DNA from: Bryobacterales bacterium
GTDB taxonomy: Bacteria; Acidobacteriota; Terriglobia; Bryobacterales; UBA6623
Direction of reading: 5' to 3'
Assembly: GCA_028819575.1 (NCBI GenBank)
Contig: JAPPLB010000051.1
Span: forward strand, 10,978 to 74,977
DNA length: 64,000 nt
The notes under the pieces: generated by a model
What the model saw: only the letters and a program-made list of their open reading frames with translations
What the model was told of the DNA's origin: nothing
Database searches by the model: none
In this document: in pieces, positions 47,582 through 56,691 of the stretch
How positions within the stretch are numbered: position 1 is the stretch's first letter
Layout of the letters: each line of letters starts with the position of its first letter
Program-made: the position numbers and the translations under genes

Positions 47582-48640
47582 ATGGATACGCACGAAGGTT
47601 TCTCCCTGACACGGCGAGGGTTTCTCTCCGCCTCGGCTGCCGGCGCCTTGCAGGCGGCCTCCGCAAAGAAGAAGATCCGCACGGCGGTCTACGGAATCGG
47701 CCATGCCCATGCACGGGGCAAGGTGCAGGCGGTCCGGGAAATGGAGCAGTTCGAGCTGGTCGGCATCTGCGAGCCGGATGAGCGCCAATCCCGTGACTAC
47801 GAGGTGTTTCACGGCGTTCGCTGGCTCTCGCGGGAAGAAGTCCTCCATGACGCGTCGATCGAGTTGGTTGTGGTCGAGTCGAGAGTGCAGGAAAACCTTG
47901 CTTACGCTTCATCCGCGGTCGACGCCGATAAGTGGGTCCATCTCGACAAGCCTCCGGGCGTTGATCTCGACGGACTGCGGAAACTGTTCTCCAACGCGGA
48001 GAGCCGAGGCAAGATCGTCCAGATGGGCTACCAGTGGCGCTACCACCCGGCGATGCAGGCGGCGATAGAGGCGTTTCGCGAGGGCTGGCTCGGTGACGTC
48101 TATATGGTGAGAGCTACGATCAACAAGCCGATCTCACGGGATACCCGGGAAGAACTCGCTGCCTTTCGCGGCGGCATGATGTTCGAGCTGGGTTGCCATA
48201 TGATCGACCGCATCGTCGACGTGCTCGGAAAGCCGAAAACGATCACAAGCTGGATGCGCCACGATGCGCCGATCAACGACGCGCTGGAAGACAACACCAT
48301 GGCGATCTTCGAATTCGAGCGCGCCATGGCCGAGGTGTACGTGGCCGCTCAGCAGCCCAACGGTGGAAACTATCGCACCTTTGAAATCCTCGGCACGAAC
48401 GGCACCGCAACGGTACGGCCGTTCTCGCCGTATCGTCTGATGGTTGATCTCGAGGTGCCCGCCGGCCCTTACAGAGCAGGTTTCCAGAAGATCGAGATGC
48501 CGCGTCCTCAAGGGCCTCCTTTCGTGGGAGACTTCGCCGAGTTGTCCCGGGTCATCCGCCAGGGAGACCGGCCCGCATACTCGGTGGAACACGATCTCAT
48601 CACCCACGAGGCGCTGCTCAAGGCCTGCAATGTGATCTGA
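47582..48640 (+). CDS. Gfo/Idh/MocA-family oxidoreductase with Tat signal
   Basis: LTRRGFLSASAAGALQAASA leader and the IRTAVYGIGHAHARGK Rossmann region. Confidence 0.8.
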   Translation: MDTHEGFSLTRRGFLSASAAGALQAASAKKKIRTAVYGIGHAHARGKVQAVREMEQFELVGICEPDERQSRDYEVFHGVRWLSREEVLHDASIELVVVESRVQENLAYASSAVDADKWVHLDKPPGVDLDGLRKLFSNAESRGKIVQMGYQWRYHPAMQAAIEAFREGWLGDVYMVRATINKPISRDTREELAAFRGGMMFELGCHMIDRIVDVLGKPKTITSWMRHDAPINDALEDNTMAIFEFERAMAEVYVAAQQPNGGNYRTFEILGTNGTATVRPFSPYRLMVDLEVPAGPYRAGFQKIEMPRPQGPPFVGDFAELSRVIRQGDRPAYSVEHDLITHEALLKACNVI

Positions 48641-48745
48641 TGGGAAGCCGGCCCGGCGCGTCGGCTTTTCTTGACAGTTTTGCCATCTCACCTTTAGCCT
48701 TGAGACAAGTCGGGCTACCTCGATCCCGAGCATAAATTTCTTTCC

Positions 48746-51109
48746 ATGTGGTGCAGGCTCCGCACCGTGCTTGCCGGCGCGCCGTGGTTGTTGGCTGCGT
48801 TCTTGGCTCTTGCCGCTTCAGCGGCCGTCACGGACAGTTCTTCAAAAGCCGATTTCAGTACGCACGTAAAGCCCTTCCTGCAAACTCATTGCGTGGCCTG
48901 CCACAATGCCGAGCTTCGCACCGGTGGCATTGACTTCGAGGGAGTTGACGACGCCGGGAACGCTCTGACCGGCAACCCTCTGATCTGGGATAAGGCGGCC
49001 GGCATGCTTCGCGCCGGCATGATGCCGCCCAAGGGCCGTCCCCGGCCCCCGCGCGCCGATATCGACAAGGTCATCCAGTGGTTTGCAAGGCGCCAGGAGA
49101 CCAGGACACACCGCGAAGATGACCCGGGCCGCGTCACCGCCCGCCGCCTGAACCGCGAGGAATACAACAATACGGTTCGTGACCTGCTGGGAATCGATTT
49201 CCGGCCTGCCGACGATTTTCCCGCTGATGATTCCGGCTACGGCTTCGACAATATCGGCGACGTCTTGTCGATCTCCCCGGTCTTGATGGAGAAATACATG
49301 TCCGCGGCCGAAGTCATTGCTGACAAGGCGATCGTCGCCGAGCGACTTATCGAGCCGTCGCTGGAGAAGTATCTGGCGCCGAGAATCGAGCATGACAAGG
49401 GATTGATCGAGTATTCGCAAGAGGGCGCGATGGAGGTCACTCATGACTTTCCTCGCGACGCCGACTACACCATCTGGGTTCGCGCCATCGACCGCCGCCA
49501 ACAGCCGATGCCCACCCCGGAGAACCCCGATCCGGCGCAGCCGGAACCATTGCCCTACGAGTTCACCATCGACGGCGAGCGCATCGAGGTCTTCAGTATT
49601 CAATCGCAGTACTACAACAAGGCGCCGACCGAGGTCACCGTCACGCTCCCTAGGGGGCCTCACAAGCTGGCGGCCCGCTTTCTGGTTGACGTCACTCGGA
49701 TCCCCGACCACGATGCCGAACGCTACAAGAAGCGCCGCCGCATGGCCTTCGGCGACTTCTTTGAGATTCGCGGCCCGTTCAACACCCGGCTGCCTCCGCT
49801 CACCGAAAGCCACAGGAAAGTCTTCATCTGCGGAGATCTCGATCTAGGACGCTATCCGCCGGGCTGCGTCGAAAGAATGGTCGAAAACCTCGCGCGGCGC
49901 GCCTATCGGCGTCCCGTCTCGCAAGAAGAGATCGACTCGCTGAAGCGATTGGTCGAGTTCGCCCAAACGAACGGTGACTCCATCGAGCAGGGCATGAAGG
50001 TTGTACTGCAGGCTGTCCTCGTCTCGCCGCACTTCCTGTTCCGGATCGAGCGTGACCCGGACCCCAATGACCCGGAAGCCGTTCACGCCGTGGACCCTTA
50101 CGAGTTGGCGTCACGCCTCTCGTATTTCCTCTGGAGCAGCATGCCGGACGAACGTCTGATCGAACGCGCGACGAATCTCGAACTGAGCGATCCGGGCATC
50201 CTCGAGGAAGAGGTCACGCGCATGCTGGCCGACTCCCGCTCGCAAGCGCTCATCGAAAACTTTGCCGGGCAATGGCTGGAACTGCGCAACATCAAGCTGG
50301 CCACTCCTGATCCCGACCTCTTCCCGCAGTTCGACGACGAGCTCGGCTCCGCGATGCGCACCGAGTCGGAGTTGTTCTTCGAGACCGTCCTTCGGGAAGA
50401 CCGGGGAATCGGCGACTTTCTCGATGGCCGGTTCACCTTCCTGAATGAGAAGCTGGCGAGTCATTATGGGATCTCCAGCGTCGAGGGTCCCCATTTCCGC
50501 AGAGTGGCTCTGAATGGGGATCAGCGGAGCGGCATCGTAACCCAAGCGAGCGTGCTGCTGCTGTCCTCCTATCCGACCCGCACCTCTCCCGTGTTGCGAG
50601 GCAAGTGGCTTCTGGACAACATTCTCGGCGCACCGCCCCCGCCCCCGCCCGACGACGTTCCGGAACTGGAAGAGACGGATGCGTTCAACGGAACGCTGCG
50701 CCAGCAGCTCGAACAGCACCGCGCGAATCCGGCTTGCGCGGTCTGTCACGAGAAGATGGACGCCCTCGGCTTCGGTATGGAGAACTACGACCCTGTCGGG
50801 CGCTGGCGCACGCACGAAGGTGATCGCCCACTGGATGTTTCCGGTGTGCTGCCGAGTGGAGACTCCTTCGCCGGACCAGCCCAGCTCAAGGAGATTCTCA
50901 AGAATCAGCTTGACGATTTTGCCCGCTGCCTGACGGAAAAAATGCTAACCTACGCCTTGGGACGTGGCCTGAAGAGTTACGATCGACCGGTGGTCGATGA
51001 GATCGTCAGGAATCTGGCCCGGGATGACTACCGTTTTTCGCGGTTGATCTACGAGATTGTCAACAGTAAGCCGTTCCGGATGCGGCGCGGAGAAGGAGGC
51101 ATGTCATGA
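48746..51109 (+). CDS. DUF1592/DUF1595/DUF1587/DUF1588/DUF1585-type protein with an N-terminal CxxCH cytochrome-like domain
   Basis: 787 aa with CVACHNAELRTGGIDF near the N-terminus and a second CAVCHEKMD near the C-terminus. This architecture is normally paired with a DUF1552 gene. Confidence 0.75.
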   Translation: MWCRLRTVLAGAPWLLAAFLALAASAAVTDSSSKADFSTHVKPFLQTHCVACHNAELRTGGIDFEGVDDAGNALTGNPLIWDKAAGMLRAGMMPPKGRPRPPRADIDKVIQWFARRQETRTHREDDPGRVTARRLNREEYNNTVRDLLGIDFRPADDFPADDSGYGFDNIGDVLSISPVLMEKYMSAAEVIADKAIVAERLIEPSLEKYLAPRIEHDKGLIEYSQEGAMEVTHDFPRDADYTIWVRAIDRRQQPMPTPENPDPAQPEPLPYEFTIDGERIEVFSIQSQYYNKAPTEVTVTLPRGPHKLAARFLVDVTRIPDHDAERYKKRRRMAFGDFFEIRGPFNTRLPPLTESHRKVFICGDLDLGRYPPGCVERMVENLARRAYRRPVSQEEIDSLKRLVEFAQTNGDSIEQGMKVVLQAVLVSPHFLFRIERDPDPNDPEAVHAVDPYELASRLSYFLWSSMPDERLIERATNLELSDPGILEEEVTRMLADSRSQALIENFAGQWLELRNIKLATPDPDLFPQFDDELGSAMRTESELFFETVLREDRGIGDFLDGRFTFLNEKLASHYGISSVEGPHFRRVALNGDQRSGIVTQASVLLLSSYPTRTSPVLRGKWLLDNILGAPPPPPPDDVPELEETDAFNGTLRQQLEQHRANPACAVCHEKMDALGFGMENYDPVGRWRTHEGDRPLDVSGVLPSGDSFAGPAQLKEILKNQLDDFARCLTEKMLTYALGRGLKSYDRPVVDEIVRNLARDDYRFSRLIYEIVNSKPFRMRRGEGGMS

Positions 51110-52461
51110 TTCGACGAGTGCAGCTTTCAAGGCGAACCCTGCTGCGAGGTATCGGGACCACCATTGCGCTTCCGTTTCTCGACGCGATGAATCCCGCCTT
51201 CTCGGCCACTCCAAGCCGGCTCGGCAATCAGATTCCTGTTCGTATGGCGTTCTCCTACGTTCCCAACGGCATCATCATGGAGGACTGGACGCCCGAGGCC
51301 GCAGGCGCTCTGAAGGTGTTGCCGAGCATCCTGGAGCCGATCTCCGAGTTCCGCAACGATGTGATGCTTCTCTCCGGCCTGACCCACAACAACGGACGGG
51401 CACTGGGTGATGGACCAGGCGATCACGCGCGAGCGGCCGCCTCCTTCTTGACAGGTGTTCATCCGAAGAAAACCGATGGCGCCGATATTCGCAACGGGAT
51501 CTCCGTAGATCAAGTTGCGGCTGACTTGGTCGGCGGTCGGACCCGTTTTGCCTCTATCGAACTCGGCGTCGAGCATGGCCGCTTGGCGGGCAACTGTGAC
51601 TCCGGTTATAGCTGCGCCTACAGCAACAGCATTTCGTGGAGAAGCGAAACCACGCCGATGCCGCCCGAGGTCAACCCGAGGCTTGTCTTCGAACGCCTAT
51701 TTGGACGACCGGGGGACAGCGACGATCCGGTCGCGCGTGCGAAACGCAAGCGCTACGAGAAGAGCATCCTGGATTTCGTACAACAGGACACACGCAAGCT
51801 GCAGTCGGAACTCGGCCCCACGGATAGACGTAAGCTTGACGAGTATCTGACGGGCGTCCGCGAGATCGAGAAGCGGATCGAAGCCGGCGAGGCTTCCGCG
51901 GCTCAGACAACGCCCTCGATGGATCGTCCGTCCGGGGTCCCCGTCGATTTCGCAGAGCACGCCAAGTTGATGTTCGACTTGCAAGTCGTCGCTTTCCAGA
52001 CGGATCAAACCCGCATCGCGACCTTCATGTTGGCCAGGGAAGGAAGCAATCGTACCTACCGTGAGATCGGCGTTCCGGGTGGACATCATGGTCTGACGCA
52101 TCACCGTAACGACGAAGAGAAGATTCGCAAGATCAGCAAGATCAACCGCTACCATATGGAGCTGTTCTCCTACTTCCTCAAGCGGCTCGACTCGATTCAA
52201 GAGGGCGACGGCACGTTGCTCGATCACTCGATGGTCCTCTACGGCAGCGGCTTGGCCGACGGCAACAAGCACACGCATCACGATCTGCCGGTCCTCGTCG
52301 CCGGCCGCGCTGCGGGAGGGCTCCACCCAGGCCGTCACCTGCGCTACGACACCGAGACGCCGATGGCGAACCTCTACCTCACCCTGCTCGACCGCATGGG
52401 CGTGCATCCCGAGACGATCGGCGACTCGACCGGCCGCCTCGAACACCTCACGGATATCTGA
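51106..52461 (+). CDS. DUF1552 family protein (Tat signal)
   Basis: SRRTLLRGIGTTIALPFLDAM leader. Its start overlaps the upstream stop (ATGA). Confidence 0.75.
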   Translation: MIRRVQLSRRTLLRGIGTTIALPFLDAMNPAFSATPSRLGNQIPVRMAFSYVPNGIIMEDWTPEAAGALKVLPSILEPISEFRNDVMLLSGLTHNNGRALGDGPGDHARAAASFLTGVHPKKTDGADIRNGISVDQVAADLVGGRTRFASIELGVEHGRLAGNCDSGYSCAYSNSISWRSETTPMPPEVNPRLVFERLFGRPGDSDDPVARAKRKRYEKSILDFVQQDTRKLQSELGPTDRRKLDEYLTGVREIEKRIEAGEASAAQTTPSMDRPSGVPVDFAEHAKLMFDLQVVAFQTDQTRIATFMLAREGSNRTYREIGVPGGHHGLTHHRNDEEKIRKISKINRYHMELFSYFLKRLDSIQEGDGTLLDHSMVLYGSGLADGNKHTHHDLPVLVAGRAAGGLHPGRHLRYDTETPMANLYLTLLDRMGVHPETIGDSTGRLEHLTDI

Positions 52462-52507
52462 TCGAAGCTCTCCCCCTATTGCTCTGGATGATTTCGGGGG
52501 AATGCGT

Positions 52508-52726
52508 CTAGCCTGTATTTCTCAGCACGTGGCGAGGCGAAGTGCGTGAGAGCGCCGTCAGGGCTAGGCGCAAGCCGGGCGGAGGAAAAAGGCGCGCGCC
52601 GCTTGGCGCGCGCAGGCGTACTTGAACAGTACGTCGAGCACGGCAAGCAAGCGCAACGAAGTCATGGCGGCCGTATGGCGTGCTTCGACCGTCGGGTGGT
52701 GAGAAATGCAGGCTAGGAGTACATCC
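52508..52726 (+). mobile_element. Family-1 MITE-like element, copy 10 (longest centre)
   Basis: CTAGCCTGTATTTCTCAGCACGTGG...GGGTGGTGAGAAATGCAGGCTAG. Its centre contains both alternative central segments (…GGAGGAAAAAGGCGCGCGCCGCTTGGCGCGCGCAGG…), which form a GC hairpin. Confidence 0.9.
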
Positions 52727-52800
52727 GGGTTTGCTGCAATCAGCAAGCACTGCCCGGCGTCAGCCGGAAGGACGAAGGGGCGTTTTCACACGCTCATGTT

Positions 52801-54189
52801 ATGGTCAACTCGATGAGCATGGACCGAGCCATCCCCTCCCGACGCAACTTTCTTCGCTCCACCGCCGCCGCCTCTGCCGGACTCGTCATGGGTTGCCGCC
52901 CATCCGGCGACGAAGGCGGCCGGCCCGCCACTGCGAAGCGTCCCAACATCGTCCTAATCATGGCGGACGACCTCGGCTACGAGTGCCTTGGCTGCTACGG
53001 CGGCGCATCCTACAAAACGCCGCGTCTTGACGCTCTCGCCGATGCCGGCATGCGCTTCAATCACGCCTATTCGCAGCCTCTCTGCACGCCGACACGCCTG
53101 CAGATCATGACCGGCGCGTACAACTTCCGAAATTGGCAGGCCTTCGGCATCATGCCGCCGGGCGAGACAACGTTCGGCCACATGATGGGCGCGGCGGGCT
53201 ACAGAACCTGCATCTCCGGGAAGTGGCAGCTTTACAGCTACAACCCGCCCGGCTTCGAGCCCGAATGGCGCGGCAAGGGCATGCATCCTGAGGATGCCGG
53301 CTTCGATGAGTACTTCCTGTGGCATTCCCTCCACACCGAAGACAAAGGCTCGCGCTACGCCAATCCCGTCGTCCTCGACAATGGCGAGTTGCGGACCTGT
53401 GACGGCAAATACGGTCCGGAAGTCTACACCGGCTACATCAATGACTTTATGGAGCGTCAGTCCGTTGCCGGCGAACCGTTCTTTGTCTATTACCCCATGG
53501 CCTTGCCGCACGGACCTTTCAATCCGACGCCGCACAGCAGTGTCTGGGCCGAGGGTGACCGTCTCGAGCGCGACAGGAAGTTTTACGCCGACATGGTCGA
53601 ATACATGGACTACACCATCGGCCGTATCATCGACAAGGTTGAGGAACTCGGCATCGCTGAGAACACCCTGATCCTCTACTATTCCGACAACGGCACGCCG
53701 CGCGAGATCGAGTCGCTTATGGGCGATAAGGTGATTCGAGGCGGGAAGGGAAACACCACCGATGCCGGCACCCGCGTGCCCTTGATCGCAAGTTGGAAGG
53801 GCGTGATTCCCGAGGGCCGCGTCAACGACGACTTGATCGACTCGACCGATTTCATCCCTACGATTCTCGAAGCCGCCGGCGCAGACGCTCTCCCAGGAAT
53901 GACCCTCGATGGCCGCAGCTTTCTACCGCAACTCAAGGGCGAATCCGGTGATCCGCGCGATTGGGTGATGTTTCACTACGATCCTCTTCCGGGACACGGC
54001 AAGGAGCGTTACAAGCTGGTCCGCTTTGCCCGCGACAAGCGATACAAACTCTATGAAGAAACAGAGCGTCTGTTCGATATCCCCAACGACGAACTCGAAG
54101 AGCGCCCCATCTTACCTGTAGACGACACTCCCGGCTCCGCCGCAGCACGCGAGAAACTCGGGTCAGTCCTCGAAGCGATGCGTGCTTAG
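52801..54189 (+). CDS. Formylglycine-type sulfatase (arylsulfatase A-like), Tat/lipoprotein leader
   Basis: SRRNFLRSTAAASAGLVMGC leader, CTPTRLQIMTG signature and YYSDNG. The TAG stop at 54187-54189 lies at the edge of the mini-hairpin. Confidence 0.85.
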   Translation: MVNSMSMDRAIPSRRNFLRSTAAASAGLVMGCRPSGDEGGRPATAKRPNIVLIMADDLGYECLGCYGGASYKTPRLDALADAGMRFNHAYSQPLCTPTRLQIMTGAYNFRNWQAFGIMPPGETTFGHMMGAAGYRTCISGKWQLYSYNPPGFEPEWRGKGMHPEDAGFDEYFLWHSLHTEDKGSRYANPVVLDNGELRTCDGKYGPEVYTGYINDFMERQSVAGEPFFVYYPMALPHGPFNPTPHSSVWAEGDRLERDRKFYADMVEYMDYTIGRIIDKVEELGIAENTLILYYSDNGTPREIESLMGDKVIRGGKGNTTDAGTRVPLIASWKGVIPEGRVNDDLIDSTDFIPTILEAAGADALPGMTLDGRSFLPQLKGESGDPRDWVMFHYDPLPGHGKERYKLVRFARDKRYKLYEETERLFDIPNDELEERPILPVDDTPGSAAAREKLGSVLEAMRA

Positions 54190-54224
54190 CCTGCATATCT
54201 CCCCAAGTAGGGAGAAATGCAGGC
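54187..54224. repeat. Family-1 mini-element (termini only) forming a hairpin; possible terminator
   Basis: TA|GCCTGCATATCTCCC-CAAGTA-GGGAGAAATGCAGGC. The 15-bp stem has one mismatch and consists of the family-1 termini with no interior. Confidence 0.75.
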
Positions 54225-54253
54225 AGGGGCAACCCGGCGCACCGGTTGTTAGC

Positions 54254-55060
54254 ATGAGCGGTTACCCTGACGGCCGGACACACCCCTCCATGGTCCCTCC
54301 AAGCCAACAGGCGCGGCTCCAGCACGAAGAGCGCATCCGCCGGCAATTCAACCATTGGTCGGCATCCGGTCAGATCGCCGAGATGGAGACATGGCACGCC
54401 CCTGTCACGAAAAAGTTGATCGACCGTATGGATCTGCAGTCCGACGACCGCATTCTCGAAATCGGCTGCGGTGAGGGTTGGGCGGCGCGCCTTCTTTCGG
54501 TTCGCGCGCCGGAGGGCGCCGTCGTCGGCATTGATCTTGCCGATGAGCTGATCGCCGCGGCGCGCGCCCGATCGATCGACTGCCACAACGTCCTCTTCGC
54601 TCCCGGCTCCGCCGAGGAGATCCCTTGGGCCGAGGACTACTTCACGCGCGTGCTCAGCGTTGAATCGGCCTGCTACTGGCATTCGCCCGAATCAGCCGTT
54701 CGAGAGATCTTTCGCGTCACAGCTTGGGGTGGACGGGTCTTCTTCCTGATGTGGTTCTATACAGAGAACCCCTACTCTCACCACTGGCAAGAGCACGCTC
54801 CGGCAGAGATTCATCTCCGCTCGGCGGCTGAATGGAAGGAACTGTTCGAATTGACGGGTTTCGAGAACGTCGAGGACGATCGTATTCCGGACGACACTCC
54901 GATCCCCACCGACTTCATGCCGGACGTTCACTGGCGCTCCCGCGAGGAGAAAGAGGCCTTCCAAAAAGAGGGCGCACTCCTGATCACCGGCCGCAAACCT
55001 GCAATGTCTGAGCCGGAACCTCCGTTGAGCATCCCGAATCCGCTCCGGATCATCAACTGA
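54254..55060 (+). CDS. Class I SAM-dependent methyltransferase
   Basis: Motif I is RILEIGCGEGWAA. Start revised to ATG 54254, because the track ORF start lies inside the repeat hairpin. Confidence 0.75.
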   Translation: MSGYPDGRTHPSMVPPSQQARLQHEERIRRQFNHWSASGQIAEMETWHAPVTKKLIDRMDLQSDDRILEIGCGEGWAARLLSVRAPEGAVVGIDLADELIAAARARSIDCHNVLFAPGSAEEIPWAEDYFTRVLSVESACYWHSPESAVREIFRVTAWGGRVFFLMWFYTENPYSHHWQEHAPAEIHLRSAAEWKELFELTGFENVEDDRIPDDTPIPTDFMPDVHWRSREEKEAFQKEGALLITGRKPAMSEPEPPLSIPNPLRIIN

Positions 55061-55099
55061 GATACCCTGCCGCCGGGGCCTGAGAAGCCGCCCTGTAGG

Positions 55100-55378
55100 T
55101 TAGCCTGCATTTCTCACCACGCGGCGAGGTGAAGTGCGTGAGAGGGCTGTCGGGACGAGGTGCAAGCCGGGCGGAGGTAAAAGGCGCGCGCAGGCGTACT
55201 TGCCCAATCGCCTTCTTCACCCCCCGGGTCATGCAACAGGGTTTCTCCGGTTCACCGGCCGTCAGGCATTTCTTCTGGAGCAAGCTAGGCCCCCGCCCAT
55301 GGTTTTCAAGAATCACGAGACACGAATCACGGCCTTTTTTGCGTGCTTCTGACATCGGATGGCGAGACATGCAGATTA
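55100..55378 (+). mobile_element. Family-1 element, copy 11 (long mosaic variant with heptamer module)
   Basis: TTAGCCTGCATTTCTCACCACGCGG... has a standard left arm. A ~150-bp replacement segment follows, homologous to 12085-12235 and including CAAGAAT/CACGAGA/CACGAAT/CACGGCC. The right end is ...GGATGGCGAGACATGCAGAT|TA. Confidence 0.85.
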
Positions 55379-55401
55379 AGGCTTGGTGGTAGGATTACTG
55401 A

Positions 55402-56622
55402 TTGATGAAAACGCTGAGCCGCAGAGCGTTTTTGTCCGCTGCAGCGCCGCTGTTGGCCTCTGCCCAACGCCAATCCTCAGGACGGGGAGCCCGCTTTGCC
55501 GGCCTGGCTTCGGTGTCGCCCGATCCCCTGACGGAGCGGCTCACGTACCGCCTTACACCTCCCGGCCATCTGCATCACCTGCCTCACTATCACCATCGAT
55601 TTCTGTCGCGGTCCAACTCATTCGCCTTGGTGGCGGGGGAGCGCACGGGTTTGCGGCAGATCTTCCGCTTGAATCTTCCGAAGGCGGACATGGTGCAACT
55701 CACAAGTGGGCCGGGTGTCCATCCTTATTCGCCGACGCTCGACCGTAGAGAAAAGAACTTCTACTTTCTTCAAGGGAACGAGTTGAAGCGAGCGTCCGCG
55801 AAGAGAGGCCGTGAGCGCAGGATTTATCAGACCGAGTCCGGCTGGCGAATGACCGGGCATCTGGCTGTATCTGATCAGAATCGATACGCCACCGTCGTCG
55901 AGATGCGTGAGGAGGATTGGGTGACGGGCTTCGAACAGCAGTTCTCCCAAAAGCCGCGCTGCCGGATTCAACTCGTGGACCTCCGTCTGGGGACGGCTCG
56001 CCTGTTGGTAGGGGTAAACACATGGATAGCCCATCCTCAGTTTCGCCCGAGGAGCAATGATGTTCTGTATTGCCACGAAGGCCCTTGGGACCAGGTGGAC
56101 GCGCGGTTGTGGCTGATGCGCCCGGGTTCGGATGGCCCGAGGAATCTGCGTCCCCGAAAAGCGGCAGAGCAGTTAGGGCATGAATACTGGTCCGGGTACG
56201 GTAGCGAGGTTTGCTATGTCTTCTATCCGGATGAGACCGGACGCAGGGCGACGGTGCGATGTATCGATGTCAACACGGGCAAGGAGCGGATCGTTTCTCG
56301 CTGCACGCGTTTCGGCTGGTTGAGCGCGAATCGCGACAACTCGGTCATCGTGGGGGCGAGCCGCAGCTTGGCGGGGCCTAATATTTACCTCCTGTTCAGC
56401 CGTCTGCAGCGCGAGATCACGGTATGTGAGCACGCCTCGACCGGCAAGGCCTACCCTCTGGCGGGAACGGATCGCGACGATCCGTGGGCGTCCGCCCCGG
56501 AACCCGTTTTTTCTCCGGACAGCCAGTTGATCTATTTCGTGAGTGATCGCGAAGGGCTGCCGGCGGTCTATCGCATCGGTGTTCCGGATCTGGTCGAAGA
56601 GACACGCCGCCTCGAGACATAG
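55402..56622 (+). CDS. Exported TolB-like beta-propeller protein (oligogalacturonate-lyase-like family)
   Basis: SRRAFLSAAAPLLASAQ leader and the WD40-like PD40 repeat signature FSPDSQLIYFVSDREGLPAVYRI. The TAG stop is the first 3 nt of the next mini-element. Confidence 0.55.
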   Translation: MMKTLSRRAFLSAAAPLLASAQRQSSGRGARFAGLASVSPDPLTERLTYRLTPPGHLHHLPHYHHRFLSRSNSFALVAGERTGLRQIFRLNLPKADMVQLTSGPGVHPYSPTLDRREKNFYFLQGNELKRASAKRGRERRIYQTESGWRMTGHLAVSDQNRYATVVEMREEDWVTGFEQQFSQKPRCRIQLVDLRLGTARLLVGVNTWIAHPQFRPRSNDVLYCHEGPWDQVDARLWLMRPGSDGPRNLRPRKAAEQLGHEYWSGYGSEVCYVFYPDETGRRATVRCIDVNTGKERIVSRCTRFGWLSANRDNSVIVGASRSLAGPNIYLLFSRLQREITVCEHASTGKAYPLAGTDRDDPWASAPEPVFSPDSQLIYFVSDREGLPAVYRIGVPDLVEETRRLET

Positions 56623-56663
56623 CCTGCATATCTCACCTCGACGCGTGGTGAGACATGCAGGCT
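56620..56663. repeat. Family-1 mini-element (termini only) hairpin between convergent genes
   Basis: TA|GCCTGCATATCTCACC-TCGACGCGT-GGTGAGACATGCAGGC. The 17-bp stem has one mismatch. Confidence 0.75.
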
Positions 56664-56691
56664 GGCAGCAGCGCCGTGCTTCGTCGGCGGT

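Noticed and set aside
52508-52750. Recurrent 60-120-aa ORFs inside the family-1 repeats (peptides such as ...HFSPPDGRSTRYD.HDFVALACRA... and ...RERAVRTRREPGGGKRRAQA...), also at 3514..3963, 13885..14256, 15609..15914 and 20374..20706
   Set aside because: The peptide similarity simply reflects repeated DNA. The frames differ between copies, are broken by indels, lack consistent starts, and span palindromic hairpins. They are not considered coding.
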